A stretch of DNA of 36,010 nucleotides. Source: a virus (taxonomy: Duplodnaviria; Caudoviricetes). Of the stretch, positions 34,792 through 36,010 are shown piece by piece. A program made the translations under genes and the position numbers. The notes under the pieces are model-generated. The model saw only the letters and a list, made by a program, of their open reading frames with translations. It ran no database searches and was not told where the DNA came from. Numbering within the stretch: the stretch's first letter is position 1; each line of letters starts with the position of its first letter. Where the stretch lies: positions 1-36,010 of the IMG/VR virus record IMGVR_UViG_3300005805_000232; one strand, 5' to 3'.

Positions 34792-34992
34792 ATGAAAAAT
34801 AATTATTGTGATCTGTTAGTTCCGGTTGCTTTTCCTGGCTGCAAAAATGAATATGAGCCATTAAGATGGGCTAAGAAATTTTGTCCTAGTTATATAACCA
34901 ATGATGCAATACAAAAGAATGGTGATTACTACTATCGTTTTTATTTTAGCCGACAAGAAGATTTAACTGCATTCATTCTTAGATGGCTATGA
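34792..34992 (+). CDS. F-x-L-[KR]-W family protein
   Basis: LRWAKKFCP...FYFSRQEDLTAFILRWL. Confidence 0.75.
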   Translation: MKNNYCDLLVPVAFPGCKNEYEPLRWAKKFCPSYITNDAIQKNGDYYYRFYFSRQEDLTAFILRWL

Positions 34993-35195
34993 GAGAACTT
35001 AAAAAAAAATTTTGGCCTTATAGGGTTGTAGTTAACAGCGATCTTAAAAAAGACATCACACCAATGGAGCTCTGGTTAGGGGAACAACTTGGCACTTTTA
35101 AAGGTCGATGGAATGTTGTTTACCAATATAATTCCACTGACTTTTATTTCAAAAATTCAGCAGATGCGGTTATGTTTTCGTTGAGGTGGTCGTGA
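34989..35195 (+). CDS. F-x-L-[KR]-W family protein
   Basis: MELWLGEQLG...FYFKNSADAVMFSLRWS; ATGA start. Confidence 0.75.
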   Translation: MRELKKKFWPYRVVVNSDLKKDITPMELWLGEQLGTFKGRWNVVYQYNSTDFYFKNSADAVMFSLRWS

Positions 35196-35413
35196 CAGTA
35201 TCTTATAAATCATTAAAAATGTTTCCTGAAATACTAACTCCTGTGTTACATAAAGTTATGTATGATACCAGTGCCGAGGATTATCAAGTAAATATGTGGT
35301 TAAAGGAAAATTGTAAGGGCTATTACTACCACAGTCCTGGATGGATGAAGGAAAAGTTTATTCAATTTGAAGATGAACATGATGCTTTATTGTTCTTGTT
35401 GAGGTGGTCATGA
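35192..35413 (+). CDS. F-x-L-[KR]-W family protein
   Basis: VNMWLKENC...IQFEDEHDALLFLLRWS; GTGA start 35192 or ATG 35219. Confidence 0.7.
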   Translation: MTVSYKSLKMFPEILTPVLHKVMYDTSAEDYQVNMWLKENCKGYYYHSPGWMKEKFIQFEDEHDALLFLLRWS

Positions 35414-35808
35414 ATCTTAAAGAACGAATCGTAGATTGGTATCTTACTCGCAAAACAGGTAAAACAAAAGCGGAGCGTGAGTATTTGGTATGGTACGAAC
35501 AAACGATCAACGTCCGAGCTACACGTATTATAGACATGTTTGCAAATTTTCGATATGTTATTGTGGTCGATCCTGAAAAGTTTTTTTCTTTTGATCCGTT
35601 TGCATGGGTGGTAACAAAAGACGCCCAACATTATTTTTGGCCCAAATGCCCTATGGCCGAAAGTGCAGTTTGGAGATGTGAACGAGTAATAAATTATGCA
35701 TCTACGACATGGGAATGGGAAGTAAATGAGTTAGGTGGGGAGGACACCGTTTTTGTAGCAACTAATAATGAAAGAGATGCTGTAATGATAGCATTGAGGT
35801 GGGCATGA
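35410..35808 (+). CDS. F-x-L-[KR]-W family protein (long form)
   Basis: Ends VFVATNNERDAVMIALRWA; ATGA start with GAGG SD. Confidence 0.75.
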   Translation: MNLKERIVDWYLTRKTGKTKAEREYLVWYEQTINVRATRIIDMFANFRYVIVVDPEKFFSFDPFAWVVTKDAQHYFWPKCPMAESAVWRCERVINYASTTWEWEVNELGGEDTVFVATNNERDAVMIALRWA

Positions 35809-36010
35809 AACTAGAAATTAAAGGTCTATTTCGATTCCCATCAGGCAGATATATGCCCTGTGGGCTAAACATTTGGCAGAAACTTTGGTGGAGATTGGTG
35901 CCTGGTGAGGTCATCAATGTGCGTTGGCCTGTAGGTGATATTATCATTACAGAAGATGATCCACGATGGGATTGGACTATTGGGCCATCACAGTATATTG
36001 TAGAAAGTGC
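35805..36010 (+). CDS. Partial ORF, paralog of 33974-34354 (runs off window)
   Basis: MKLEIKGLFRFPSGRYMPCGLNIWQKLWWRLVPGEVINVRWP. Confidence 0.8.
   Translation, partial: MKLEIKGLFRFPSGRYMPCGLNIWQKLWWRLVPGEVINVRWPVGDIIITEDDPRWDWTIGPSQYIVES

Noticed and set aside
737-35404. Longest-ORF starts at 737, 12058, 12473, 17515, 17906, 21429, 23857, 24074, 28812, 29041, 33884, 35404
   Set aside because: Downstream starts have SD sites, stop-start overlaps, signal peptides or paralog alignment; some upstream starts fall inside promoters
185-35947. Antisense or alternate-frame ORFs in the track (e.g. 185-505, 532-879, 979-1326, 5615-5818, 8470-8667, 9341-9523, 12121-12339, 16330-16566, 17175-17429, 25043-25291, 30232-30498, 35362-35631)
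   Set aside because: They shadow better-supported genes and lack SD sites or motifs
1-36010. Alternative genetic code, tRNA genes or introns
   Set aside because: All three stops end well-formed genes and enzymes are uninterrupted; GGTTCGA hits (near 5476 and 34634) are inside CDSs with no cloverleaf

Overview
AT-rich, gene-dense 36 kb segment of a large tailed phage with T4-like transcription signals. It uses the standard code. I saw no tRNA, rRNA, CRISPR array, integrase or core structural or replication gene. A freshwater proteobacterial host is an inference from the desaturase, PsiE, UvsE and a PhaR-like box. Layout: (1) 1-8.5 kb, late (TAAATA) genes whose products begin with an M-[RK]-x-x-E-[FIL] leader resembling the T4 capsid-targeting sequence: a GNAT, two tandem putative amidoligases, a Zn-finger protein and a nuclease-like protein. 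(2) 8.5-12.5 kb, a minus-strand five-gene operon of secreted or membrane proteins, one with 15 copies of a 22-aa Cys repeat. (3) 12.6-22.1 kb, accessory enzymes: nucleotide-sugar dehydrogenase, epimerase, UvsE, SprT, thermonuclease, HAD hydrolase and fatty-acid desaturase. This part also holds a phasin-like gene under a PhaR-like operator, three late promoters inside RBS-occluding hairpins and a candidate pseudoknotted ncRNA. (4) 22.2-36 kb, sigma70-driven early region with a ParB-like plus GIY-YIG-like pair and two arrays of small paralogous genes (HFGVEE family and F-x-L-[KR]-W family). The conserved 3' ends of these paralogs double as the RBS and start of the next gene, suggesting a gene-shuffling cassette system. 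All calls come from motif recognition by eye; no searches were run.
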